A stretch of DNA of 64,000 bases from Rhynchopus sp. YZ270_cl-10 (lineage: Eukaryota): positions 1,426,001 through 1,490,000 of the forward strand of contig OZ037837.1 of NCBI GenBank assembly GCA_964035575.1. The letters are read 5' to 3'. Position numbers and translations under genes: made by a program. The notes beneath the pieces were generated by a model. The model had not been told where the DNA came from. It saw only the letters and a list, made by a program, of their open reading frames with translations, and searched no databases. This document shows positions 34,593-47,460 of this stretch, piece after piece (position 1 is the stretch's first letter; each line of letters begins with the position of its first letter).

Positions 34593-35589
34593 GGAAAGGT
34601 CTACTGTTGAACGAATGGACAGTATATGACATTGAGAATAGTACTTCTCTCGTCATATCCTGAAGTCAGTTTCTAATATTCTTCTCGAACGTTTTGCACA
34701 AGAAAGCTGTACCCACTGTGGTTCAAAGATCTCCAGCGGGGATAGTCGAGACCTCGAAAATAATAAAAACCCCGTTCGTCTTGTTGTTTAGTTGGTACGC
34801 TACCCACGTAATACGCATTTTTCTCTCAAAAACACCCAGAATGGATGTCAAAAAGGAAAAAACCCTTAACCTGAAGTACAGAAATGAGGTGAGTGCACAA
34901 TAGAAAGGGAGGGGAATAAACCAAAAGTCTCAGACGTTTGAATCATTTCCCACCACAAAGTATTTGTCCTAATAAAAAAACATTTTGGAAATCTCGAAAT
35001 TACATTTCACATTTTGTCGAGACTTGAAAACACCCAAAACCACATCTCGCTCTGCACAAAGATCATCATACCACTGTGTGTATCGGTTTGTGTTGTTGCA
35101 TCTTGCTTTCCCTTTTATGAGGTGACGAAGCACAGAGAGGCTTAGGTTCATCCATTCCTTTCTCCATTTTTCTAATCCGGGTCGGGTTGGAGTAGAGCCA
35201 CATTTCACCGACAGGTCGAGGTGTGTGCGTTTCACCACAACCTCTCCCTTTTGTCTTTATTGTTTTTATTGCTTTATCGTTTGCGGGGGTGGGGGAAAAA
35301 AATAAAGTCCTAGTAGAACCTAACTTATATGAGTGTAGCTCTGTTAGCAGCCACGTATAAAACCAATTTCCCGAACAATTTACACAAAAATGCTACTAAA
35401 AACGTAAAAAGGCGCTTTTTTGTGTGATACGCAAAATCCCAAAACCACCGCGACAGTTGATGTGGGAGGGATAAAGAGACGCCAGCCCCTTCCCACCATT
35501 TTGTGCCCCGTCCTTCTTCCCTGCCCCCCACCACGCCATACACACACAGGGGTTGCGTCAAAACACAGACATTACAGTGAGAGGTTGAC

Positions 35590-36681
35590 ATGGACATCAC
35601 AGGACACTTCGAGTCTGCAAGCTGTGTGATAGAAGTGGACGGGAACGACACGCTTGCACAGGTGAAGGGGAAGCTTCTTGCGGAGCTTGGCGTGCCACGT
35701 GCTCGGCATGTTGGTGTGCGGATGAGAGGCGGTGGCGACATTGGGGACGAGGACGTGCGCATCTGCGACACGGCAATCGATGAGGGGTGTGCTGTGGAGC
35801 TGTACTGCAGAAGCAGCATCAGTCCTGGGGTGATCCCACACGTGGAAGGGCCGTTCTCCCTCACACTCTCCCCGTGTGATAGGTACCTTGCAGTGGTATG
35901 CGATGAGGGTGTGTCTGTGTACGACACGGAAACACATGAGAAGTGGTGCACCTTCCGATTGGAAGGCAACATATACACAGCGTTCTCACCGTGCAGTGAG
36001 TGGATCTCCTGCAACAACCGTGGCACGGAGTGCATCGAAGTTCGTCGTGTGAGGACCGGTGCATTGGAGCACTCCGTTGCTTGTGGTGTTGTTCCTGGAT
36101 ACATGCGTGTCACTGCATGGTCTCCCTGTGGGACAATGCTGTTGTCGGGCCCGCAGGTGTGGGACATTGCAACAGGTCGTGTTGTGCATGAGTGGCCTAA
36201 CGTAGGGGACAGCTTCGAGGACTGCTACGGTGCCTTTGGTGTGGCTGGCAACAAGATGGTGACGTTTGGGGGTGGAATGCGAGTCAGGATCTGGGACTAC
36301 ACGACAGGAACGGAGGTGCGTGCTCTTGTGGGTCCGAGTTGTCCGAATAATGTGTCATTGGCGCCGAACCAGCGTTTCGTTGCAGCGTGCTTCAACGACA
36401 GTGTGCGTGTCTGGGATATTGAAACAGGTGAATGTGTATTTGAACACGTGTCAGGTTCTGACACCACATGGGCGGATGTCGCAGTGTCCAATGACGTTGT
36501 TGCTGCTTACCGCTCCTGCAGGAAAACCGTGACTCTGTGGTCCATCTCAACAGCAAAGCAGTTGTGGTCCTCTGCTGAGATTAATTGTGTGTTCGGTCTG
36601 GCACTGAGCAGCTGTGGAGGTGTGCTGATGCACGCAGAGGAGGACGGTGTTCATATCATCGACATCTCACACCTGACGTGA
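35590..36681 (+). CDS. Family C copy 2: UBL plus WD40
   Basis: UBL very similar to 24767-25864; propeller strongly diverged. Confidence 0.8.
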   Translation: MDITGHFESASCVIEVDGNDTLAQVKGKLLAELGVPRARHVGVRMRGGGDIGDEDVRICDTAIDEGCAVELYCRSSISPGVIPHVEGPFSLTLSPCDRYLAVVCDEGVSVYDTETHEKWCTFRLEGNIYTAFSPCSEWISCNNRGTECIEVRRVRTGALEHSVACGVVPGYMRVTAWSPCGTMLLSGPQVWDIATGRVVHEWPNVGDSFEDCYGAFGVAGNKMVTFGGGMRVRIWDYTTGTEVRALVGPSCPNNVSLAPNQRFVAACFNDSVRVWDIETGECVFEHVSGSDTTWADVAVSNDVVAAYRSCRKTVTLWSISTAKQLWSSAEINCVFGLALSSCGGVLMHAEEDGVHIIDISHLT

Positions 36682-37032
36682 AGTGGATTCAGGGTTTTGT
36701 GTGACATACATTATTGCGAAAGGGATAAAGAGAAGCCAGACCCTCCCTTCCCACCATTTTGTGCCCCGTCCTTCTTCCCTGCCCCCCACCACGCCATACA
36801 CACACAAGAGTTGCGTCAAAACACAGACATTACAGTGAGAGGTTGACATGGACGTTTTTTGTGACGCCCCTCCCTATGTGTTCTTGGATCGCTGCAGACC
36901 GTATTGTAGATAGGAGGTGCACATTCATCTTCCAAAAGCAACCTTTGTTCCATTCACTCAAACATCCCCCATCCACTCAGGACACCGACACCCTGCTTCT
37001 CCCACCGCCCCCTCTCAGACAGTGACCACACA

Positions 37033-38253
37033 ATGGAGATATGGTTTGAATGCACAACATCTGGACAACGCTGTGCTGCAGAGGTGGGGGAGGGTTGCAG
37101 TGCTGCAGATCTGCAGGAGCGTGCTGTTGCGGTGTTGTACCCACAGAGCGTGGTGTCGGCCGAGGCAGTGGGGCTGTGTGTGGATGGTGCTGATGGTGAG
37201 GTGCTGGCACCGGAGGTTCTGATTGCCCACACCGCACTGTGTGCAGGCGGGACTGTCTATGTGAGCAGACGCAAGCAGGACAGCAGTGGTGTGTGGGTGC
37301 CGCAGCGCTATACTGTGCGATCCAGATCCATATTCGGGGGGGGAGACGTATGCGAGGACACACTCGTGTTGGCTGACCTAGACTCCGTCAGCATCAACCT
37401 CGTCACCACCAAGGTCACATCTCTCCCTCATATAGAAGCTTTTGCACATGAATATTTGGGCAAGGTTGTCAAGGTGGTTCTCATGCCACACCACATGGTA
37501 TACTACAGTTTACAGAGCAATGCTGTGCACTTTAGACCACGGGACAGCGGTGCAGAGGTTGTGGTACGTATGGCAGGCACAGTTGAGAGGCTTGTGGCCA
37601 TGCGGGTCACGGAGACGGTGCTGATTGGGACCACTTCCCATATCGTACAGTACTCTTGTGAAGGGGTGAAGATGCGTACCATTGATCACTCTGGGTGCTC
37701 TTTGGGGTGGTACCCCTTTGCAGTGTCACCCTGCGAGACCCTGTTGTTGAGCAACGGATACCCGACCGTTGTGGTGTACCGTCTGGACACCCCTGAGCTG
37801 AGTGTGGTGCACCGTGTGGACACAGGACAGTCCCGGTCGTCCTGTTTGCGTCCGTTGTTTTCGCCCGACTCAAGCCTCGCAGTGTTGAGCTGTGGCGACA
37901 AACACACCGTGCGCACCATTGACATCGTCTCCGGGCAGGCCCTCTGCACACTGCCCAGTGAAGACCTTATATGTGGTGCCTGTTTCAGTGCGTGCTCGCG
38001 ATACCTCTTCACGGCCTCTACCAGGAGTGTGCAGCAGTGGGACGCACGCAGTGGAGCTCCCATGGGACGCATCGACGCTGACCACGCGCAGTCTGTCCAT
38101 GCCTCGACAGACGGGAGCAGGCTGGTCGTTGTCGGAAACATCATCTCGGTGCTCGACATTGCTGCCTTCAACATGCGGGTGTCAGAGGAGGACGCCTTGC
38201 AACATGGTCCCCCAGCCGAGGAGTCACGTCGCAGTAGGTGTGTGTGTTCGTGA
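37033..38253 (+). CDS. Family B copy 4
   Basis: Paralog; ends RRSRCVCS. Confidence 0.8.
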   Translation: MEIWFECTTSGQRCAAEVGEGCSAADLQERAVAVLYPQSVVSAEAVGLCVDGADGEVLAPEVLIAHTALCAGGTVYVSRRKQDSSGVWVPQRYTVRSRSIFGGGDVCEDTLVLADLDSVSINLVTTKVTSLPHIEAFAHEYLGKVVKVVLMPHHMVYYSLQSNAVHFRPRDSGAEVVVRMAGTVERLVAMRVTETVLIGTTSHIVQYSCEGVKMRTIDHSGCSLGWYPFAVSPCETLLLSNGYPTVVVYRLDTPELSVVHRVDTGQSRSSCLRPLFSPDSSLAVLSCGDKHTVRTIDIVSGQALCTLPSEDLICGACFSACSRYLFTASTRSVQQWDARSGAPMGRIDADHAQSVHASTDGSRLVVVGNIISVLDIAAFNMRVSEEDALQHGPPAEESRRSRCVCS

Positions 38254-39154
38254 AGGGGAGGGTGTGGCGACATTGCTTGTGAACAGACGTGGTGCGAATG
38301 TGTTGCTGTCCCTGACGTGTCCTGCCGCAGAGCAGCAGGGGTGGTTCGTTGGGTCGTGCTTCTGTGGCATGGGCCTGCGGGTGATTGAAGCTGTTTGTTG
38401 AGCTCAGTGAGATGAGCAAGAAAGGAATGTTAAAGCAATCTTTATCTGCTGTTGACTGGGAAATCGAGATCTCGAAAACGATTTTGGAAGTATCGAAATA
38501 TCATTTCACTTTCAGTCGAGACTCGAAACAAGAAACCCAAAACCACATCTCGCTCGCACAAAGATCTTTACACGACTGTGTTGTTGACTGTCGGTTTGTT
38601 TTATGTTTTCGGTGACATGACACTTGTGACATATGTGATCTGGGGTGAGGAAGCGTTCCAACTTGTCAACCTCTTCCTCAATTTACCTTTCACGCCTTTT
38701 TTACCCTCCCCCGTTTTAGATTCAACAGAGAGTGTACGTTAAGATTTTTATTGTATCTTTTATGAGGTGACCAACACAGAGAGGCTTAGGTTCATCTCAA
38801 CTCTTCTCTGTGTTACCCCTTCTCTTAAACATGCAAAGCAAAGGCTTCGGTGAGGCTGCTCACCCAACCAAAGGATATTGCAGCCATCCTATCTTCTCTC
38901 ATGGGTCTTGCAGCAGCACGGTGCCTCTTTGTTTCAGTCGGGTGTGCACACATGCACACTTTTATCCCTAGTAAACTTGTTTAAGCAGCTCTGCTGTGTC
39001 TTGGGGGTCTCTCGATTATTTTTTGGCCTCGCGTCCTGCATGTTTATTGTCCACTTGCATCTGCAAGGTTGGAAGAGGGTAACAGGGGAAACTCACTAAA
39101 AATCATTCGCTCACTCATCAGGATTTTTTGTGCTTCCCCGGGTTAGGACAAATA

Positions 39155-39593
39155 CCGTCTTTTGAAAAAATATGGACCAGAAATAACATGGACCAGAATA
39201 ATGATGGACCAGAACAATCATGGACCTTTTGGGATTTTTTTTTTTTATGGACCTATTTTTCTGGTCCGACATATGTGTGGGGTTTTTTTGTACTTGTCCA
39301 GAATTTTGACAGGGAGTCGCGCGCGCGAAGCGCGTGCGACGACCGCTTGTGTGGGGAGAAAGCTCGGAATGGGTCTACCGGGCCACATATAAGCCGAGAT
39401 GCCCCGCCAACGTGCGGTACCGAAAGCTCGGAATGGGTCTGAAAATGGACAAGTTCAAAAAAAAAAAGCCTAACACAGATGGACCAGAAATAACATGGAC
39501 CAGAACAATGATGGACCAGAACAATTATGGACTTTTTGGGATTTTTTTTTTTTATGGACCTATTTTTCTGGTCCATAATTTTTCAAAAGACGG
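39155..39593. mobile_element. MITE with TA TSD and internal atggaccagaa repeats
   Basis: ta|ccgtcttttgaaaaa...tttttcaaaagacgg|ta; empty site present in inverted orientation at ~34950-34972 (caccacaaagtatttgtcctaa). Confidence 0.9.
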
Positions 39594-39905
39594 TACTTTG
39601 TGGTGGTAAATAATGAAAACATCTGAGACTTGTAGTTTATTCTCTTGCCCTATTATTGTGCACTTTCTGTACTTCAGGCTGAGAGTTTTTCCCCCTTTTT
39701 ACCTGTGATAGGAGGTTGACATGGACGTTTTTTGTGACGCCCCTCCCTATGTGTTCTTGGATCGCTGCAGACCGTATTGTAGATAGGAGGTGCACATTCA
39801 TCTTCCAAAAGCAACCTTTGTTCCATTCACTCAAACATCCCCCATCCACTCAGGACACCGACACCCTGCTTCTCCCACCGCCCCCTCTCAGACAGTGACC
39901 ACACA

Positions 39906-41123
39906 ATGGAGATATGGTTTGAATGCACAACATCTGGACAACGCTGTCCTGCAGAGGTGGAGGAGGGTTGCAGTGCTGCAGATCTGCAGGAGCGTGCTGT
40001 TGCGGTGTTGTACCCACAGAGCGTGGTGTCGGCCGAGGCAGTGGGGCTGTGTGTGGATGGTGCTGATGGTGAGGTGCTGGCACCGGAGGTTCTGATTGCC
40101 CACACCGCACTGTGTGCAGGCGGGACTGTCTATGTGAGCAGACGGAAGCAGGTTGCGAACAGCAGCAGTGGTGTGTGGGTGCCGAAGCGCTACACTGTGA
40201 GAGCCTGCATCGGAGACGTATGTGAGGACACACTCGTGTTGGGTGGCGACCACTCCGTCAGCATCAACCTCGTCACCACCAAGGTCACACCTCTCCCTCC
40301 TGTAGGCGGATATTTGTGCAAGATGGTTCTCATGCCACACCACATCGTCTACTGTAGTGCGCAGAGCGATACTGTGTACTTTAGATCACGGGACAGCGGT
40401 GCAGAGGTTATGGTACGTATGGCAGGCACAGTTGAGAGGCTTGTGGCCATGCGGGTCACCGAGACGGTGCTGATTGGGCGCATTGAGCACATCGTACAGT
40501 ACTCCTGCGAGGGGGTGAAGATGCGTACCATTGATCACTCTGGGTGCTCCTTTGCAGTGTCACCCTGCGAGACACTGCTCTTGACCAACCACCCTTCCGT
40601 TGTGGTGTACCGTCTGGACACCCCTGAGCTGCGTGTGGTGCACCGTGTGGACACAGGACAGTCCCAGTCGTCCTATTTGCGGCCGTCATTTTCGCCCGAC
40701 GCAAGCCTCGCAGTGTTGAGCTGTGGCAACAACCACACCGTGCGCACCATTGACATCGTCTCCGGGCAGGCCCTCTGCACACTGCCCGCTGGAGAGCGCA
40801 GGATAAATGGTGCCTGTTTCAGTGCGTGCTCGCGATACCTCTTCACGGCCTCCACCTGGGGTGTGCAGCAGTGGGACGCACGCCATGGTGTCCCTACGGG
40901 ATACATCGACGTCTCATCCTACGCATGGTCTGTGCATGCCTCGACAGACGGGCGCAGGCTGGTCGTTGTAGCAGGTGTCATCTCGGTGCTCGACATTGCT
41001 GCCTTCAACATGCAGGCAGCAGAGCAGGACGCCTTGCAACATGGTCTACCTCGTCCGCCTCCCTTGAAAGGGAAACCTGTTGTGGCAACGGAGTCACACT
41101 GCAGTAGGTGTGTGTGTTCGTGA
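39906..41123 (+). CDS. Family B copy 5
   Basis: Paralog; ends CSRCVCS. Confidence 0.8.
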   Translation: MEIWFECTTSGQRCPAEVEEGCSAADLQERAVAVLYPQSVVSAEAVGLCVDGADGEVLAPEVLIAHTALCAGGTVYVSRRKQVANSSSGVWVPKRYTVRACIGDVCEDTLVLGGDHSVSINLVTTKVTPLPPVGGYLCKMVLMPHHIVYCSAQSDTVYFRSRDSGAEVMVRMAGTVERLVAMRVTETVLIGRIEHIVQYSCEGVKMRTIDHSGCSFAVSPCETLLLTNHPSVVVYRLDTPELRVVHRVDTGQSQSSYLRPSFSPDASLAVLSCGNNHTVRTIDIVSGQALCTLPAGERRINGACFSACSRYLFTASTWGVQQWDARHGVPTGYIDVSSYAWSVHASTDGRRLVVVAGVISVLDIAAFNMQAAEQDALQHGLPRPPPLKGKPVVATESHCSRCVCS

Positions 41124-41431
41124 AGGGGAGGGTGTGGCGACATTGCTGGAGGCCCACTGTGGTTCAAAGATCTCCAGCGGGGATAGTCGAGACTTCGAAA
41201 AAATAAAAAGATTTTGTACGAGTATGCAATGCGTCTGGAAATGAAAGACGCGCTCGTCCGTTGTCATGAGTTTTACTGTTTTCCCCTTCCCCCCTTGTGC
41301 TCCACCTCTCCACCGTACTTCAGGACGCGGGTTTTTCGGGGTTTTCGGGACTTTTTGAGTTTGAAAAAAAAGTCCTTGAAGTACGGACGAGGATGGATGC
41401 GATCAACAAACAATAAACAACGAATAAATAA

Positions 41432-44204
41432 GGGAAATATTCATATTGGAACCGAAACTTTGGGGAACCGGTCATTTCGGAACCGGGAACCGGGGAACCG
41501 GGGAACCGGGGAACCGGGAACCGGGAACCATACGGGGGGAACCAGGGAACCGGTTCCCGGGGACCGGTTCCCTGGTTCCCGTGTGGTTCCCCCTGTGGTT
41601 CCCCGTTACTGGGTACTGGGTACTGGGTACTGGGTACTGGGTACTGGGTACTGGGTACTGGGTACTGGGTACTGGGTACTGGGTACTGGGTACTGGGTAC
41701 TGGGTACTGGGTACTGGGTACTGGGTACTGGGTACTGGGTACTGGGTACTGGGTACTGGGTACTGGGTACTGGGTACTGGGTACTGGGTACTGGGTACTG
41801 GGTACTGGGTACTGGGTACTGGGTACTGGGTACTGGGTACTGGGTACTGGGTACTGGGTACTGGGTACTGGGTACTGGGTACTGGGTACTGGGTACTGGG
41901 TACTGGGTACTGGGTACTGGGTACTGGGTACTGGGTACTGGGTACTGGGTACTGGGTACTGGGTACTGGGTACTGGGTACTGGGTACTGGGTACTGGGTA
42001 CTGGGTACTGGGTACTGGGTACTGGGTACTGGGTACTGGGTACTGGGTACTGGGTACTGGGTACTGGGTACTGGGTACTGGGTACTGGGTACTGGGTACT
42101 GGGTACTGGGTACTGGGTACTGGGTACTGGGTACTGGGTACTGGGTACTGGGTACTGGGTACTGGGTACTGGGTACTGGGTACTGGGTACTGGGTACTGG
42201 GTACTGGGTACTGGGTACTGGGTACTGGGTACTGGGTACTGGGTACTGGGTACTGGGTACTGGGTACTGGCCAGAGAAGGCACCTTGACAGCTTACAGGT
42301 TACGGTGAAGATAAGGTATGTAAATGTGTTTAACTTTCAGATGTGTTTTACTTGTGTAGATTCAACAAGACGTCCAGTGGTTTGCGGTATTTTTTTAGTG
42401 TCTGTTTTAGTGTGAGTTTTGAAAAGGTTCTGTAGTACAACGCTTTCGTACGCCGTGTTTCACCACTTTTTTCATTAACCTAACTACTTCTACGTTTGTA
42501 CACCATAACTTAATCACACCCCACATTTATACAGGATCGTGAAATATGACTGTATCTGCGATTGCGATGAAAGAAGCTTCGCCTCGTCCGACATTCAACA
42601 ACTCAAAATTCAACGGGTGTTCACCCGCATCAGTCTATTCTGGTTTGCGGGTGAAATACCTGGGGGTGGAAGGGTGGGGGGAACATTTTGTCAGTCACTG
42701 CTATAGCCATTTAACCCAGGGAGCATAGCTAGTGCAAGAAATTCGACTTTGGAAACCTTCCGGAAAGTCTGTCCTCTGCTTGCGGAGGACTAGACACAAG
42801 AAAATATTGCGTTCCCCCAGAAAACCAGTGCACATTTCACACTCCTTGTGGGTGGTCTTGTTGCCTTTTCGTCATAGTAGTTTTGGCCCAGGCATGCTCT
42901 TGAAGCATGGCAATTTAGTGTGTATGGGGCAGGGTGTTGTTTTGTTCTGAATTCTCTTTGTTATAACATCTAAGTCAATCGCGGGTGGTGGTTTGTGTAG
43001 CGTGAGGCACTCTTTTTAGCAAACTTCCTGCGGCTGCTAAAGTGTTATTTCTTCGGATTTAACAACGTACAGCGTAACATAGTGGTTTAGCCTGGTCGAC
43101 ACAACCTTTGATAGATACGGGATAACCAACCCCCTTCGACCCCTCGTGGGTTCACTGAACAAGCCCTAGTGGTAGTTAAACGCGATTGACATTTACATTC
43201 CTAGAGATGAAAGAACAAGATAACACTTCTGTACCCGCGCATCAAAATTGTGGAAAACTTTGCACCCCAAACACCCTCAACAACGCCCGCCAAAAGGCGC
43301 CCCTTGTTGCTGGGAGTTGTTCTCATGTTTGATACCTGCACAGCGGGCATTCCTCTGAGTCCAACGCATGTTTGGCCTGTCTGCGGCGTTGTACTTCAGG
43401 TGCACGAAGACAGGGTCTGGTGGTAAATTTTGCGTAGTACTGCGACGTGGTACTGCGTGGGTCTGGGAATTTGGGTACCTGGGTACAGGAAATTTGTTGT
43501 GGAAGACATCAACCACCATGCATTGAGGAGGGTAAGACAGTGTTCGCAGTTTCTACCTGATAGCATTACAACATTTAACTTCTCCACGGGGGTCTTGGGC
43601 CGTTCACTCGGTTCTACCTTGACTACCGGAAGATATTCTTGAGGCCTTTTTGGTCTCTAGAATATCCGGTCTTCCCGAACGGAGGCACACTTTGTGTGTT
43701 ACTACGACCTGGCAATTTCCAGCAGTAGGTTAAGTAATCTTTCTTGTAAATTGTTGGATCATTATCTCCTCAGTGCATGAATGCCCCACGTGACTGGACA
43801 CTTTTGTGTTTGTCATGTGGAGCTGTGGTTGCTCTTTCACGACTTTTTTCCTGTTCCTGGGTACCTGTTCTTGGACCTGGGTACCTGGGTACCTGGGTAC
43901 CTGGGGAACCAGGGAACCAGGGAACCGGTTCCCTGGTTCCCTGGTTCCCCCTGTACGGTTCCCGGGAACCACAGGGGGGAACCTTAGGGGAACCAGGGAA
44001 CCGGTTCCCGGGAACCGGTTCCCTGGTTCCCGGGAACCACAGGGGAACCACAGGGGGAACCACACGGGAACCAGGGAACTGGTTCCCGGAACCAGTTCCC
44101 TGGTTCCCCCCGTATGGTTCCCGGGAACCGGTTCCCGGTTCCCCGGTTCCCGGTTCCGAAATGACCGGTTCCCCAAAGTTCTGGTTCCAATATGAATATT
44201 TCCC
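41432..44204. mobile_element. Non-autonomous MULE-like element (9-bp TSD) carrying a (TACTGGG)n satellite, nested in another dispersed repeat
   Basis: TIR gggaaatattcatattggaacc... / ...ggttccaatatgaatatttccc with GGGAACC subrepeats; TSD aataaataa at 41423-41431 and 44205-44213. Empty host repeat inverted at ~51675-51750 and ~58497-58690. Confidence 0.9.
41607..42270 (+). repeat. Perfect satellite (TACTGGG)94 plus a partial unit
   Basis: Read directly. Confidence 0.97.
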
Positions 44205-44732
44205 AATAAATAAAGAATGGGGGTATTTCATTTTGGAAATCTCAAAATTACATTTCACATTTTGTCGAGACTCGAAAACACCCAAAACCATATCTCGCTC
44301 TGCACAAAGATCATCATACCACTGTGTGTATCGGTTTGTGTTGTTGCATCTTGCTTTCCCTTTTATGAGGTGACGAAGCACAGAGAGGCTTAGGTTCATC
44401 TCAACTCTTCTCCGTGTTACCCCTTCTCTTAAACATGCAAAGCAAAGGCTTCGGTGAGGCTGCTTACCCAACCAAAGGATGTTGCAGCCATCCTATCTTC
44501 TCTCATGAGTCTGAAAAATAAAACAAAAACAAGATCCCACCCCATAAACCATTTCGACATCACACAACCCCTCCCTATGTGTTCTTGGATCACTGCAGAA
44601 GGTGTGTAGCTGGGAGGTGCACATTCATCTTACAAAAGCAACCTTTGTTCGATTCACTCAAACATCCCCCATCCACTCAGCACACCGACACCCTGCTTCT
44701 CCCACCGCCCCCTCTCAGACAGTGACCACACA

Positions 44733-45917
44733 ATGGAGATATGGTTTGAATGCACAACATCTGGACAACGCTGTGCTGCAGAGGTGGGGGAGGGTTGCAG
44801 TGCTGCAGATCTGCAGGAGCGTGCTGTTGCGGTGTTGTACCCACAGAGCGTGGTGTCGGCCGAGGCAGTGGGGCTGTGTGTGGATGGTGCTGATGGTGAG
44901 GTGCTGGCACCGGAGGTTCTGATTGCCCACACCGCACTGTGTGCAGGCGGGACTGTCTATGTGAGCAGACGCAAGCAGGACAGCAGTGGTGTGTGGGTGC
45001 CGCGGCGCTATCCTCTGAGTGAAGCCATCGGAGACGTATGCGAGGACACACTCGTAGTGGCTGGCGAATGCGCCATCAACCTCGTCACCACCAAGGTCAC
45101 ACCTCTCCCTCCTGTAGGCGGAATTGTGTGCGAAATAGTTCTCCTGCCACACCACATCGTCTACTGTAGTTCACAGAGCAGCGATGCTGTGTACTTTAGA
45201 CTGCGGGACAGCGGTGCAGAGGTTGTGGTACGTATGGCATGCAGGGTTGAGAGGCTTGTGGCCATGCGGGTCACCGAGACGGTGCTGATTGGGACGAATG
45301 AGCACATCGTACAGTACTCCTGCGAGGGGGTGAAGATGCGTACCATTGATCACTCTGAGTATTCCTTGGGGTACCCCTTTGCAGTGTCACCCTGCGAGAC
45401 CCTGTTGTTGAGCAACGGATACCCGACCGTTTTGGTGTACCGTCTGGACACCCCTGAGCTGAGTGTGGTGCACCGTGTGAACACAGGGATGCGTGTGTCG
45501 TTCTATTTGCGGCCGTCGTTTTCGCCCGACGCAAGCCTCGCAGTGTTGAGCTGTGGCGACAACCACACCGTGCGCACCATTGACATCGTCTCCGGGCAGG
45601 CCCTCTGCACACTTCCCGATGCAGCATACCCTTTTAATAGTGCTTGTTTCAGTGCGTGCTCGCGATACCTCTTCACGTTGTTTGGCGAGAGTGTGCAGCA
45701 GTGGGACGCACGCAGTGGAGCATACATGGGACGCATCGACGCCCACCACGCGCGGTCTGTGCATGCCTCGACAGACGGGAGCAGGCTGGTCCTAGTCGGA
45801 AGCGCAATCTCGGTGCTCGACATTGCTGCCTTCAACATGCGGGTGTCAGAGGAGGACGCCTTGCAACATGGTCCCCCAGCCGAGGAGTCACGTCGCAGTA
45901 GGTGTGTGTGTTCGTGA
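44733..45917 (+). CDS. Family B copy 6
   Basis: Paralog; ends RRSRCVCS. Confidence 0.8.
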   Translation: MEIWFECTTSGQRCAAEVGEGCSAADLQERAVAVLYPQSVVSAEAVGLCVDGADGEVLAPEVLIAHTALCAGGTVYVSRRKQDSSGVWVPRRYPLSEAIGDVCEDTLVVAGECAINLVTTKVTPLPPVGGIVCEIVLLPHHIVYCSSQSSDAVYFRLRDSGAEVVVRMACRVERLVAMRVTETVLIGTNEHIVQYSCEGVKMRTIDHSEYSLGYPFAVSPCETLLLSNGYPTVLVYRLDTPELSVVHRVNTGMRVSFYLRPSFSPDASLAVLSCGDNHTVRTIDIVSGQALCTLPDAAYPFNSACFSACSRYLFTLFGESVQQWDARSGAYMGRIDAHHARSVHASTDGSRLVLVGSAISVLDIAAFNMRVSEEDALQHGPPAEESRRSRCVCS

Positions 45918-47460
45918 AGGGGAGGGTGTGGCGACATTGCTTGTGAACAGACGTGGTGCGAATGTGTGGCTGTCCCTGACGTGTCCTGCCGCAGAGCAGC
46001 AGGGGTGGCTCGTTGGGTCGTGCTTCTACGGCATGGGCCTGCGGGTGGTTGAATCTGTTTGTTGTTGAGCTGAGTGAGATGAGCAAGAAAGGAATGTGTG
46101 GAAATGCGTTCTGGCTGGTTCCTGTGCAGGGTTTTGTGAGGGAAAGGGTTATGTGTGTGTGAACATCAGGTTTTGGATAGTTCCCGCACAGCATTTGCCC
46201 ATGATGAGGCTGTGAGGCGTAGGACTATGTTTTAACCTACAAGTGTGTCAAGAAGGGTTGGCTGGGTGTTGTGAACCACAGAGCATTTCTTAGGGGTTTG
46301 GGTGAGGGAAGGTGAGGGTGGGGTCCTTCTTAGTATTATTAGCATAGGGTTTCATTGTGTGCATTGTCTGGTGATTTGGGTCGTGCAAGCGTGCGACGAT
46401 GCAGCCTCTCCCATTTTTCTATGTCACCACTTTCGCACCAAAGAAAATGGTCGGAACGTTTTGTTGAAAATATATAAAGTCAGAGAAAACAACATCTCTC
46501 ATAGATGTACAACGTACTTGAATGGACTATGATACGAAGAACAACACACTGCGATGAAATAACGCACCCCTTCACTTTCCTCCTCCTTCTTCTTCATCCT
46601 CTTCACACCTCTCACCCTTCGTCGTACCCACCGGATGCACTATCCTAGTCAATATCTGAACACATGCACGTATCGTGACCCTCTGTTCCTCAGCTCCCGG
46701 CGCCTTTACTTCCTCTGCCCCAAAGGGTGTTGCTATTGTGTCTGTTGACTTTGTACAGTTTGCAAAGGCGTAACATCCCCAGACACCTGGCTACTCTTCA
46801 AAGCTTGTTGAGGTTATGTCATGCCACGTGAGTCTGGGTACCTTGGTACAACCTTTGGGGGATTTATTCGTATCCTTGAGCGCACTGTCTCTTGTGAGTC
46901 GGTGTGCCGGGTACTGGAGCATCGCTGTTCTGCTCTCTTAGACTTCTTCTGGTTTTTTGAGTTTACTTCGATTTGTAAAACAATGCCAAGTGTGTTGTCA
47001 CCTGTGATATCCACACAGCCATCAACTTGCCTTGTCTTTCTTCACCTATTCAAAGCCGCTTTATATCTCCGCACTTTGCTGACTCAAAGAACCCCCTGCC
47101 CTGCAACCCTTTACCTCTCTTTACCCTTTCTCTACGCGCTGCAGTGACCTTACCTCTTTCAGAAGTGGTACATGTTGATGCACAGGTTCTAGCGCTAAGA
47201 GTACGTGTTTGCCATTTGGTTGCTGAGTTCTTCTTTATGGCCGGGGAATAAATATCACTCTTCAGACCACCTGGGGTATGGTCACGTACAGGTTCGAGAT
47301 TCAGACGTTGTTACGTATGAGACCGGGGCGCTGAGTGCGGGGTGGTCAATGATTGCCCCACGGCAGTAACCTTTGTTCGATTCACTCAAACATCCCCCAT
47401 CCACTCAGCACACCGACACCCTGCTTCTCCCACCGCCCCCTCTCAGACAGTGACCACACA

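Noticed and set aside
39664..39674. tttctgtactt resembling the 3' part of euglenozoan spliced leaders
   Set aside because: Only 11 nt, inside a dispersed repeat; flanks do not match an SL exon.
41214..42308. GYWVLGT-repeat ORFs
   Set aside because: Translations of the 7-mer satellite in every frame.
46540..47345. Unique insertion upstream of family B copy 7 as a gene or retroelement
   Set aside because: No recognisable motif, TSD or sustained ORF by eye; left unannotated.
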